DNA of 64,000 nt from Malacoraja senta (GCA_038087875.1 JAXLNO010004298.1:1-64000), one strand, 5' to 3'. Shown: positions 12,032-23,410, counted from the first letter of the stretch. A program made the numbers and translations. Notes: a model not told the origin generated them from the sequence alone.

Positions 12032-12639
12032 TTCTTCCTTAAAAGGAAGCAGACTTTGCCGAATTGCTGCCGACTTGTAGTTACTGAGCATCGCCTCTGT
12101 GTGGCTCTGCTCCACCGCCGACGTTTCATTCACCGAAGTTGGATACAAACTCAGTTTGTATCTCAGTTTGGATACAAACTCAGTTTGGATACAAACTTGG
12201 ATACAGTAACTCAGCTGGTCAGGCAACATCTCTGGAGAGAAGGAATAGGCGACGTTTCAGGTCGAGACCCGACTTCAGACTGAGAGTCAGGGGAACGGGA
12301 AACAAGAGATATCCCCGTCGTGGTTGAGTTGTTTTTATGGAGATATAGGCGGTACATAGAGCAAATGAATGAAAGATTCGCAAAAGCGGGAGGAATCACA
12401 GAGAGGGCGCAGCGAGAGAGGGTGTTGCAGAACTCTCATTGGAGAGAGGAGGATGTCGTTGCGAATCCAATCCATCGCTCCTGCCCGCTCCGTGCCTCGG
12501 CACCCCACCAGGACACACAGAACCAAGGCCCTTAACGCCACCAGTAACGCAAGGTCACAGACTGTGGAACATGTCTCATCCTGTAATATCAAGGAACTTG
12601 GCTCTTGGTTCTTGGTCCTCCAAAATATTACAAATGGAA

Positions 12640-12742
12640 GTTAAACTGGAGGTGGCGGAAGGTGGACTTCAGGGCGACTACGGGAGTCAGTCGTTGATGT
12701 TCGCAATCGCCGAAATAAATCGCGAAGTGGGACAGGCCCTTT
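12640..12742. mobile_element. PIF/Harbinger-like MITE end
   Basis: Terminus aagtgggacaggcccttta, the same TIR as at 17672 and 57768. Confidence 0.5.
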
Positions 12743-12744
12743 AA

Positions 12745-13130
12745 GCAAAAAAAGATTCTTGGAAAAGAAGAGCTACCTTAAATTTAGTTGCGTCTGGTTG
12801 AGTAACTATGGTAGGGTGAAGACTATTCCATGCTTTAATTGTGCGGGGCGAGAATGAATTGCTGTACACATCTGTCTTGGTAGCCGGTATCTCAAATTGG
12901 ATCGGTGCCCTCGTCTGCTCCTAATAGGTTTGGTGTAGGATTGGTCATCTATGTCGAGCTGACCATTTAACATTTTGTAAAAACAGGTCAAACGGTGAGC
13001 TTTACTTCTGTCTTCGAGAGGGTTCCACCCCGACCAGTGAATTCAGAAGTTTGGTAACACTCGCTTCTCTCTCATAGGTATTTGCAATAAATCGAACTGC
13101 CTGTGCATATTATTAGTAGAAACTAAGAAC
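12745..13130 (-). mobile_element. CR1/L2-group LINE fragment
   Basis: ORF 12806..12991 TCFYKMLNGQLDID. Confidence 0.55.
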
Positions 13131-13134
13131 TGCA

Positions 13135-13525
13135 GATAAAATGTGTAAGAAGGAACTGCAGATGCAGAACCGAAGATAGACACAAAATGCTGGAGTAACT
13201 CAGGCAGCTTCTCTGGTGAAATGGAATAGGTGACATTTCAGGTCGAGACACTTCATCCGGCTGAGAGTCGGGGAAGGGGAAACTAGAGGTATGGGAAGAT
13301 GCAGAACAAGCAGAGCCTGCATCGATGATTCAGGGTAGGTGGAGCCCATGGTGGACTGGGGACGCGGTGATATCCAAGGAATACAAATGGTGAAATTTGC
13401 AAGAGGGTTAGGGTGGAAACGGAGAGAGGGGATGCAAGTTTGCTTTAAGTTAGAGAAATCAATGTTCATACCGTTAGGTTGTAAGTTGTCCAAGCGAAAT
13501 ATGAGGTGCAGTTCCTCCAATTTGC
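13135..13525 (-). mobile_element. Penelope-like 3' end
   Basis: ORF 13200..13559 KLEELHLIFRLDNLQPNGMNIDFSN. Confidence 0.65.
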
Positions 13526-15109
13526 AGTACAGTACCCGAAAGGAGGTGAAGGGGCACAAATATAATCGCTGCCTTCAATTCCTAGCGAGTGGTGGCCCTG
13601 GATGTGGACCTGGGGGTGACATGACCTCCACTTACATGGAGACACTTACAACCCACTTGCCAGATACACCACCAGAACTTCTCCCTTATCCCTCTCTCTG
13701 CAAGACCAAGTAAATAGAGTCACTTTTATTATCAGCAATTATGTCACTGTTAAAATGTAGGTCGGGTTTCGGCCCGAAACATGATCTGTGCATATTCTCC
13801 TGAATGCTGCCTGACCCGCTGAGTTACTCCAGCACTCAGTGTCTATCTTTTGTGTAAACCAGCATCTGCCCTTCTCTCTTACCTCAACATGTTGCCTGGC
13901 CCGCTGTCTTACTCCATCACTTTGTGTTTCGATTTATAAACCTTAGGTCATTTTATAATCAGTTAGGGAGTTGAAAACAGTGGAGGAATAGTCTAGACAA
14001 TAGGTGCAGGAGTGGGCCATTCGGCCCTTCGAGACAACAGCACCATGCACTGTGATCATGGCTGATCATCCACAATCAGTACCCTGTTCCTGCCTTCTCC
14101 CCATATCCCTTGACTGCTATCTTGAAGAGCTCGGTCTAACTGTTTTGAAAGCATCCAGAGAATTGAGTGTCTATCTTTGGTGTAAACCCTTCCTTCTCAT
14201 CTCAGCCTTTTGGCAGGCCAAAACTCCAACGTTTTGGGTTTTGATTAAAACATTGTCATTTTATAATCCATTTGGGAGTTCAAAATATGTAGGAAGGAAG
14301 TACAGATATTGGTTAATCTTTAAACCGAAGATAGACGCACAATGCTGGAGGAAATCAGCGGGACAGGCAGCCTATCTGGGGGAAGGAATCGACCCAGAGA
14401 CACTGCCTGTCCCGCTGAGTTACTCCAGCATTTTGTCTATCTTGGGGGTTCAAAACAGCGAAAATCCTCTGATTGGTGGTTGTTCATATTTTTAAATAGT
14501 TGTGTGCTGGACTCGAAAGGGAAAAACTTGCAGAGGAGCGGAATCACATCTACCTGGAATTGGTAGTGGTGGGGGAGGGGGGCACAAAGAAAATCGATAC
14601 TTTCATTTAGTTGCAAGTGGGGGCCTTGAATGCGGACCTGGGGGAAACACGACCCTCACTTACATAGACAGACAGTGTGGAGGAGGATGACCTGGGTGAA
14701 AATGCTCTTGCTTCCAGCCCCCCCCCCCCCCCCCGCAACCCACCCGCCAGATACAAAACCAGATGTTCTTCAAGATGGATTATAAAATGGCCTAATTTTG
14801 TTATCAAAACACAACGTGTTGGAGTAAGACAGCGGGCCAGGCAACAGGTTGCGATAAGAAGGAAGGGTTTACACCAAAGATAGACACTAAGTGCTGGAGT
14901 AACTCAGCAGGTCAGGCTGCATTTCTGGATAATATGGACAGATGATGTTTCGGGTCGAACCAAGACCAAATAAACAAAGAGTCGACTAGTTGCTATCAGC
15001 AGTTTTGTCACTTTTAAAATTTGGATATAAACATTAAGAATTTCACGTGCAGGAGCAACTCATCAACTTTCAACGTCTGAAATATATTTTCAAGAGATTT
15101 CTATAATAT

Positions 15110-15435
15110 TCTCCAATTTCAGGTAGTCCCTGCTTTGTCCTTCCTTCCCCTCCCCCTTTCCAGCTCTCCCACAGCCCACTGTCTCCGCCTCTTCCTTTCT
15201 TCTTCCGTGCCCCCACCACCATCCTCAACCAAAGATCACAGAGCGGAGCTTTTGCCCAAAGATACTAGAGGATCTTTTGCCCCCCCGTATCTTTGCTTTG
15301 CACATCAGTCTGAAGAAGGGTCTCGACCAGAAACGTCACACATTCCTTCGCTCCGTAGATGCTGCCTCACCCCGCTGAGTTTCTCCAGCTTTTTGTCTAC
15401 CTTCGATTGTTCCAGCATCTGCAGCTCCTTCTTAA
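15110..15435 (+). mobile_element. Penelope-like terminal repeat with hammerhead-like core
   Basis: ttctccaatttcaggtagtccc...CTGAAGAagggtctcgaccaGAAAcgtc (15310-15337). Confidence 0.6.
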
Positions 15436-15859
15436 ACAGAGAGTTGTATCATGTCATATGTTCCAAAACGGAACAGAAATTCTTACGTGTAGGAAGGAAC
15501 TGCAGATGCTGGTTTAAACCAAAGATACTAGAGGAGCTTTGGTTTAAACCGAAGATAGACTCAAAAACGCTGCAGTAACTCAGCGGGTCAGACAGTATAT
15601 ATATATTTTTTTAATTAGTGTTAATATTTAAATTCTCATCCTTAAACATGGCATTAACTGTGAAGCTTTGTTATACTTGCGCTGTGAATGTATCTAAACT
15701 GGTACACACGAAGGAACGCCTCGTACTCACGGAAAGGTCACCTGTACTGTGAGAACAAACTCAAAACAAAGTTACAACAAAACGAGAGGCCATTTGGCCC
15801 ATCATGTCGCTGTTGCGGGGGAAAATCAAGGCAATTTTCCAAAAGAAAATTCTTGCGTC

Positions 15860-16525
15860 GGACATTCTTGCTATTGTGGGAGTGCAGCGTAGGTTTACAA
15901 GGTTAATTCCCGGGATGGCGGGACTGTCATATGCTGAGAGAATGGAGCAGCTGGGCTTGTACAATCTGGAATTTAGAAGGAGAGGGGATCTTATTGAAAC
16001 ATATAAGATTATTAAGGGTTTGGACATGCTGGAGGGTTAGAGGTATACTGCACTGTATAGGCTATGCGTGGGAAAGCTGAGGAGTTTTGGCCCGGGCGAC
16101 GTCGCGCACAAAGTCCGGCACCCCATCCAACTCATGAACCGATGATCAGCCATGAGAAGGAGTGGTGGTGGTGGTGGTGTAGGCGGCATGGGAAGGTCGG
16201 AAGGTCGGCCCTTAATAATCTTATGTTTCAATAAGATCCCCTCTGATTCTTCTAAATTCCAGAGTGTACAAGCCCAGCCGCTCCATTCTCTCAGCATATG
16301 ATAGTCCCGCCATCCCGGGAATTAACCTTGTGAACCTACGCTGCACTCCCTCAATAGCAAGAACGTCCTTCCTCAAATTTGGAGACCAAAACTGCACACA
16401 ATACTCCAGGTGTGGTCTCACTAGGGCCCTGTACCACTGCAGAAGGACCTCTTTGCTCCAATACTCAACTCCTCTTGTTATGAAGGCCAACATGCCATTT
16501 GCTTTCTTCACTGCCTGCTGGAATC
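15860..16525. mobile_element. CR1 fragments in both orientations flanking an hAT-MITE fragment
   Basis: ORFs 15804..16040 (+) and 16221..16511 (-) RRFTRLIPGMAGLSY; MITE core at 16070-16210. Confidence 0.8.
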
Positions 16526-16626
16526 TATCTTAGTGGCCATCTTAGAGGAACAGACTTCTCCCTCCCTCCAAACCTCCCAACCCAAGTTTCCAATTCTGGG
16601 TGTGAGGACAGGAGACACAGAAGGAA

Positions 16627-17692
16627 TCTGATGGGCCTGTCGCACTTAAGCGACTGCAGGAGACTATGCGGCCGCCACATGTTCGCGGGTGGTTGCCAGG
16701 GAGTCGCCTTCATGGTCGTGAGAAGTTCCCGCATTCTGGGAACTGGTCGCGGCTTCATTATGGTCGCCGCGAATTTTTCAACATGTTGAAAAATCAGCGG
16801 CAACTAGAATGAAGCCACCCATGGAGAGCAGCGAGAATTCTCGTTCAGTAGGTGGGTCGCCAGGAGGTCCTAATGGGTTGCCAGGAGGTCGAAGGTTCTT
16901 GGAGGTTCCCGTAGGTTGTAGCCGGTGCTGACCGGTGAATTTCATTGGCTCATTGTGGGGAAAAAAGGTAAGCAGTAGTTTTCAGAACCTAAGGATAACC
17001 AACCGATAATGTTAAATGTCCGCCGAGCTTCACAGCCGTGTATCTCTGGCTTCTTAAAAGTTGTCTCCACTGCTACTCCCCCCTTTTGTAAAGGACTTGC
17101 TGTACACGGTGCTTTAGCCTTCTTTTTACAGCTCCAACCTTCCTGTTCATCGCAGTGTGTGTCTGTTTCACCTCAAGTATCTTTGAGCAGGATGCTTTCC
17201 CCAACCACCCCCATTAGAAGGCCACTATCTTCCATCGTTTCTACCCAGTGCTTGGTACTTACTTCCAGCAGCCACTGCTTGTCCTCCAGGATGCACCGAG
17301 CCGCAGCCTGATCCATGCCGGTCACCTGGGTGAATTCAGCAGAGACTCTCACGGCAGCTGCGGAACGCTTCTGACTCCTCCGACGGCCCGGGACTCTTGC
17401 ACTGAGGCTGCTCCATGGCTGGAGCTGCAGCGAGCGACTCGCCAGCCCCAGCTCCCCATCCGCATCTGTCCCCGCCGCTGCTTCTGCTTCCATCCCTCCC
17501 TCAGCCCCAGCTCTCCAACACCCGCAGCACCCGGTTGATGAGTTTTGACATTTTCGTTGATCACAGAATTACTCACGACAAGAGCATGAGAAATTTGTGA
17601 TCAGCGTGAGAATTTGGCCAAATGCGTGCTTCTCACACTCGAGTCGCCGGCAGTCGTCTAAAAGATCGCCCAAGTGGGACAGACCCATCAGA
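16627..17692. mobile_element. Harbinger-like non-autonomous element enclosing a host exon
   Basis: TIRs tctgatgggcctgtcgcactt (16627-16647) and aagtgggacagacccatcaga (17672-17692) match at 19 of 21 positions. Confidence 0.6.
17263..17493 (-). CDS. TDP2: TDP2-like first coding exon (UBA-like domain), 77 codons, orphan
   Basis: AEFTQVTGMDQAAARCILEDKQWLLE followed by the GTAAGT donor, phase 0; matches the TDP2 pattern EF..V...D.A.A.C.L....W..E; no downstream exons found. Confidence 0.6.
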
Positions 17693-17744
17693 GCTAGAGT
17701 GTTAAGCAGCCGGAGAAACTGAAGGGACGACCGTGTGTATTAGT

Positions 17745-18400
17745 GTGTGTTGGCCTTCATAGCAAGAGGATTTGAGTATAGGAGCAGGGAGGTTCTACTG
17801 CAGTTGTACAGGGTCTTGGTGAGACCACACCTGGAGTATTGCGTACAGTTTTGGTCTCCAAATCTGAGGAAGGACATTATAGCCATAGAGGGAGTACAGA
17901 GAAGGTTCACCAGACTGATTCCTGGGATGTCAGGACTTTCATATGAAGAAAGACTGGATAGACTTGGCTTATACTCGCTAGAATTTAGGAGATTGAGAGG
18001 GGATCTTATAGAAACGTACAAAATTCTTATGGGGTTGGACAGGCTAGATGCAGGAAGATTGTTCCCGATGTTGGGGAAGTCCAGGACAAGGGGTCACAGC
18101 TTAAGGATAAGGGGGAAATCCTTTAAGACCGAGATGAGGAAAAACTTTTTCACACAGAGAGTGGTGAATCTCTGGAACTCTCTGCCACAGAGGGTAGTTG
18201 AGGCCAGTTCATTGGCTATATTTAAGAGGGAGTTAGATGTGGCCCTTGTGGCTAAAGGGATCAGGGGGTATGGAGAGAAGGCAGGTACGGGATACTGAGT
18301 TGGATGATCAGCCATGATCATATTGAATGGCGGTGCAGGCTCGAAGGGCCGAATGGCCTACTCCTGCACCTATTTTCTATGTATCTACGTATCTATGTAT
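17745..18400 (+). mobile_element. CR1 LINE 3' end
   Basis: ORF 17747..18298; tail ctattttctatgt. Confidence 0.9.
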
Positions 18401-18621
18401 TAGGTGACTGAGTCAGGAAGAAAACGAGGGGACCCAGAAGATTTAATACACTTTTTTAAAATTTATTTTTCTCTCACTTATATTTGCTCTCATTTTATTT
18501 ACAGGCTCAATGAATGGGCTGTCAAGACGCGGAATTTAGACTTAAATCGAGTCTGTCGTCCATCTTTCTGCCCCTGAGCCCCGCTCCCGATGCGGTCCCG
18601 GGACCCCGACCCCCTTTTTTT

Positions 18622-19154
18622 TTACACGGCCGGATCGGGATCGGAGCAGATTCTCAGCCACTTGTTCTCGTCGCCGGTCCAGAAGAAAGGGTAGAGTTTC
18701 TCCGTGAATTTATTGCCGGCGTAGGTGTGGAGGTGCGACTTGGAGTCCGCGCTGTGAAAGGAAATGGTCCCCGGTTCGTAGTTGAGGCTGACCCGCACTC
18801 GCCCGGGGATGGGGTCGGCCGGGAGGGGGAACCCGGGTGAGGTGTTGACGTAGAAGCCGCCTCCAAACCGCCCGATGGTCCAGAATCCGTTCTCTGGGAC
18901 CACCCCCACCCACCCTCTCCTCTCCACCGACTCGGTGGCGACTCCCAGGCTCCAGATCTGGTTCTCCGCCACCTCCACCTCCCAGTGACGCCGCCCCGAG
19001 GTGAACCCCTCCGACCCCAGCACGCACGCCCACTCGGTGAACCTCTTGTCGGTGTCGGCCACGCTGCTCCAGGTCCCGCTCAGCCTCACGCTCCTCCGAT
19101 CCGCGGACACTTCCAGTCTCGGATTTGCCGTCTCCGGGTCCAGGCTCACGGAGG
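18622..19154 (-). CDS. TRIM-like gene, terminal B30.2 (PRY-SPRY) exon
   Basis: Acceptor ttcccag, phase 1; SVSLDPETANPRL...CVLGSEGFTSGRRHWEVEV...LYPFF, open to TAA. Confidence 0.92.
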
Positions 19155-19399
19155 CTGGGAAGGTGGAGAAAGGAGAAACTCAGAGATATTTCAATAGAAC
19201 CCGAAACATCACCAATTCCTTCTCTCCAGAGATGCTGCCTGTCCCGCTGAGTTACTCAAGCATTTAGGGGTGGGAGATTGCAACCTTCATGTGGTCCGCC
19301 CTGTTTCGACGAATGCACAATCAATTAAGATCAAATAGAACAAGTTGTCCAACAACTTCTGGCTGCGCACGCCATACGCCAGACGACGACTCACGCATT

Positions 19400-21395
19400 T
19401 ATAGACAATAGGTGCCGGAGTAGGCCATTCAGCCCTTCGAGCCAGCACCGCCATTCAATGTGATCATGGCAGATCATCCACGATCAGTACCCCGTTCCTG
19501 CCTTCTCCCCATATCCCTTGACTCCACTATCTTTAAGAGCTCTATCTAATTCTCTGAGGCAGAGAATTACACACACTCAAAATGCTGTGTTCCTCAACTC
19601 TGTTCTAATTGGCTTAGCCCTTATTCTTAAACAGTGGCCCCTGGTTCTGGACTCCCCCTACATCAGGAACATGTTTCCTGCCTCTGGCGTGTCCAAACCC
19701 TTAACAATCTTATATGTTTCAATAAGATGCCCTCTCATCCTTCTAAACTCCAGAGTATACAAGCCCAGCCGCTCCATTCTATCAGCATATGACAGTCCCG
19801 CCATCCCGGGAATTAACCTCGTGAACCTACACTGCACTCCCTCAATAGCAAGAATGTACCTCAAGTTTGGAGACCAAACAGCACACAATACTCCATGTGT
19901 AGTCTCACTAGGGCCCTGTACAACTGCAGGAGGACTTCTTTGCTCCTATACTCGATTCGTCTTGCTATGAAGGCCAACATGAAGTGACTGATGAACAGTG
20001 ACCGATGCATGGGCAATGCAGTTTAATGTGGATAAATATGAGGTTATCCACTTTGGTAGCAAAAACAAGAAGGCAGATTATTACCTAAATGGTGTCAAGT
20101 TGGGAAAAGGGGAAGTACAACGGATCTGGGGGGTCCTTGTTCATCAGTCAATGAAAGTAAGCATGCAGGTACAGCAGGCAGTGAAGAAAGCGAATGGCAT
20201 GTTGGCCTTCATAACAAGAGGAGTTGCGTTTAGGAGCAAAGAGGTCCTTCTCCAGTTTTGTAGGACCCTAGTGAGACCACACCTGGAGTATTGTGTGCAG
20301 TTTGGTCTCCAAATTTGAGAAAGGACATACTTGCTATTGAGGGAGTGCAGCGTAGGTTCACAAGGATAATTCCCGGGTTGGCGGGACTGCCACATGCTGA
20401 GAGAATGGAGCGGCTGGGCTTGTATACTCTGGAATTTTAAAGGATGAGAGGGGACCTTATTGAAACATACAAGATTATTAAGGATTTGGACACGCTAGAG
20501 GCAGGAAACATGTTCCTGATGTTGGGGAGTCCAGAAACAGGGGCCACTGTTTCAGAATAAGGGGTAAGGCTTTTAGAACAGAGATGAGGAAACACTTTTT
20601 CTCACAGAGATTTGTGAGTCTGTGGAATTCTCTGCCTCAGAGGGGGGTGGAGGCCGGTTTTCTGAATGCTTTCAAGAGAGAGTTAGATTGAGCTCTTAAA
20701 GATCTGGGAGAAGGCAGGAACGGGGTACTGATTGTGGATGACCAGCCAGGATCAACATTGAATGGCGTTGCTGGCTCGAAGGGCCGAAGGGCCTACTGCA
20801 TGTATTGTCTATTGTCTAAAGTTCCTGTGCACTGTGAATGGTTCATGTAACCATGTATTGTCTTTCCGCTGAGTGGTTAAAATGCAACAAAAGCTTGTAG
20901 CTCAATAGACATTAGGTACAGGAATAGGCCATTCGGCCCTTCGAGCCAGCACCGCCATTCAAGGTGATCATGGCTGACAATCAGATCCACAATCAGTACC
21001 CCGTTCCTGCCTTCTCCCCATATCCCATGACTCCGCTATCTTTAAGAGCCCTATCTAGCTCTCTCTTGAAATTATCCAGAGAACCGGCTTCCACCGCCCT
21101 CTGAGGCAGAGAATTCCACAGACTCGCCACTCTCAGTGTGAAAAGGTGTTTCCTAATCTCCGTTCTAAATGGCTTACCCCTTATTCTTAAACAGTGGCCC
21201 CTGTTTCTGGGACTCCCCCAACATCGGGAAACATGTTTCCTGCCTCTAGGCGTGTCCAAACCGTTAATAATCTTATATGTTTCAATAAGATCCCTTCTCA
21301 TCCTTCTAAATTCCAGAGTATACAAGCCCAGCCGCTCCATTCTCTCAGCATACGACAGTCCCGCCATCCCAGGAATTAACCTTGTGAACCTCGGT
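19400..21395. mobile_element. Cluster of three CR1 fragments (-, +, -) in the TRIM intron
   Basis: ORFs 19658..19888, 19998..20318 and 20993..21406; attgtct tails. Confidence 0.85.
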
Positions 21396-21452
21396 ACAGG
21401 TGACAATGAGCTGAACTCAAAGCGAAGATAAAGGAATGTGAGAGGGCGTTAC

Positions 21453-21577
21453 CAGGGTTAAGAGCGTCGAGCATCTCACTCCAAACTGTCTTCAAGAAAG
21501 GTCCTCTGAATTCCATCCTGGCAGAATATACGGGACACATTCGATGTTCAGTTCTTTCTAATCCGCTCTGTCTTGAT
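21453..21577 (-). CDS. TRIM-like gene, penultimate exon (125 nt, phase 2 to 1)
   Basis: ttgcag|...EFRGPFLKTVWSEMLDALNP G|gtaacg; G+CC makes Ala joining the B30.2 exon, as in fish and shark TRIMs. Confidence 0.8.
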
Positions 21578-21591
21578 CTGCAAATATTAAG

Positions 21592-22065
21592 NNNNNNNNN
21601 NNNNNNNNNNNNNNNNNNNNNNNNNNNNNNNNNNNNNNNNNNNNNNNNNNNNNNNNNNNNNNNNNNNNNNNNNNNNNNNNNNNNNNNNNNNNNNNNNNNN
21701 NNNNNNNNNNNNNNNNNNNNNNNNNNNNNNNNNNNNNNNNNNNNNNNNNNNNNNNNNNNNNNNNNNNNNNNNNNNNNNNNNNNNNNNNNNNNNNNNNNNN
21801 NNNNNNNNNNNNNNNNNNNNNNNNNNNNNNNNNNNNNNNNNNNNNNNNNNNNNNNNNNNNNNNNNNNNNNNNNNNNNNNNNNNNNNNNNNNNNNNNNNNN
21901 NNNNNNNNNNNNNNNNNNNNNNNNNNNNNNNNNNNNNNNNNNNNNNNNNNNNNNNNNNNNNNNNNNNNNNNNNNNNNNNNNNNNNNNNNNNNNNNNNNNN
22001 NNNNNNNNNNNNNNNNNNNNNNNNNNNNNNNNNNNNNNNNNNNNNNNNNNNNNNNNNNNNNNNNT
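21592..22065. other. Assembly gap (474 N)
   Basis: Run of N. Confidence 1.
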
Positions 22066-22186
22066 GTGTGTGTCTCTGTGCTTGTCTCTGTGCCTGTCTG
22101 TGTGTATGTGTGTCTGTCTGTGTGTGTGTGTCTCTGTGTCTGTGTGTATCTGTGTGTGTGTGTGTGTGTGTGTGCGTCTGTGTTTC
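22066..22186. repeat. (TG)n-rich microsatellite island between gaps
   Basis: Imperfect TG/TC dinucleotide run. Confidence 0.9.
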
Positions 22187-22588
22187 NNNNNNNNNNNNNN
22201 NNNNNNNNNNNNNNNNNNNNNNNNNNNNNNNNNNNNNNNNNNNNNNNNNNNNNNNNNNNNNNNNNNNNNNNNNNNNNNNNNNNNNNNNNNNNNNNNNNNN
22301 NNNNNNNNNNNNNNNNNNNNNNNNNNNNNNNNNNNNNNNNNNNNNNNNNNNNNNNNNNNNNNNNNNNNNNNNNNNNNNNNNNNNNNNNNNNNNNNNNNNN
22401 NNNNNNNNNNNNNNNNNNNNNNNNNNNNNNNNNNNNNNNNNNNNNNNNNNNNNNNNNNNNNNNNNNNNNNNNNNNNNNNNNNNNNNNNNNNNNNNNNNNN
22501 NNNNNNNNNNNNNNNNNNNNNNNNNNNNNNNNNNNNNNNNNNNNNNNNNNNNNNNNNNNNNNNNNNNNNNNNNNNNNNNNNNNNNNNN
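22187..22588. other. Assembly gap (402 N)
   Basis: Run of N. Confidence 1.
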
Positions 22589-22613
22589 TGACCTCGCTCC
22601 CCGCCTGTTACAG

Positions 22614-22697
22614 ACCCGCACCACCACGACCTGTACCTCAGCTCCAACAACTACCTGGCCTTCCTCAACAACGAGAGGGACAATCCCAATGCCACAG
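22614..22697 (+). CDS. PPT2: Palmitoyl-protein thioesterase 2, internal exon (84 nt)
   Basis: cag|(D)PHHHDLYLSSNNYLAFLNNERDNPNAT|gtaacg; resembles PPT2 DPHHDDLYLNASSFLALIN. Confidence 0.9.
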
Positions 22698-22915
22698 GTA
22701 ACGCAGAGAAGCGACACCCCGCTACACCGTACACCACATAGACACTGCCGTAGAGTGGTACAGCGCGGACACAGGCCCTTCGGCCCATCTTGCCCACACC
22801 GCCCAACATGTCCCAGCTGCACTAGTCCCGCCTGCCTGTGCTCGGTTCATATCCCTCCAAACCTGTCATCCCCATGTACCTGTCACTGCCCGGTGAGAAT
22901 GAGGATTAGTGGTAC

Positions 22916-23410
22916 TAGGGTTGCCAACTCTCTAATTCCCAAATAAGGGACAAAAGGTCAAAATACGGGACAAATTCCCGAAAGGCAATTCGTTGACCGA
23001 CTCGGCCGTGTCTGGGTGAATGATGAGTTGGCCCCGGGTGCTGGACTGCACACAAAGACCAGCCGGCGGGCCAGCTGAGGAGTTTTGGCCCGGGGGCCGC
23101 GCGCAAAGTCCGGCACCCTGTCCAACTCACGATGAACCGATGATCGGCCGTGAGAAGGAGGGGTCGGCGGTAAGCGAAGGTCCGGACAGTTGGCCGGGCT
23201 GCCGACCGACCGATGGGGCCACGGCCGAGGCGCTGCTGCTGCTGCTGCTGCACTCCATGGGCTGCACTACGTCGGGACGGGTGAGGCGGGGGCCGGACAC
23301 GACGCTCCGACACAACAGTCCCCTCGACCCGAGTAGTAGCAGTCAAATACGGGACAAGGGCGGTCCCGTGCGGGACCAAACCAACTTAGCCCAAAATACG
23401 GGATGTCCCT
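22916..23410. mobile_element. hAT-like MITE (TAGGGTTGCCA TIR family)
   Basis: Starts tagggttgcca; GC-rich core shared with 38974-39473, 43451-43910, 48525-48980, 52329-53005 and 53578-54050. Confidence 0.7.

Noticed and set aside
13560-13750. Repeated modules as exons of the TDP2-like gene (GTAAGT on minus)
   Set aside because: Donor not conserved among module copies, and the translations do not resemble TDP2
18622-19154. B30.2 exon as the cytoplasmic tail of the butyrophilin-like gene
   Set aside because: Opposite strand and upstream of the Ig exons; its preceding exon is TRIM-type
21376-22946. Long ORFs of 170-424 aa in the ORF track
   Set aside because: Artefacts of N runs and a TG microsatellite
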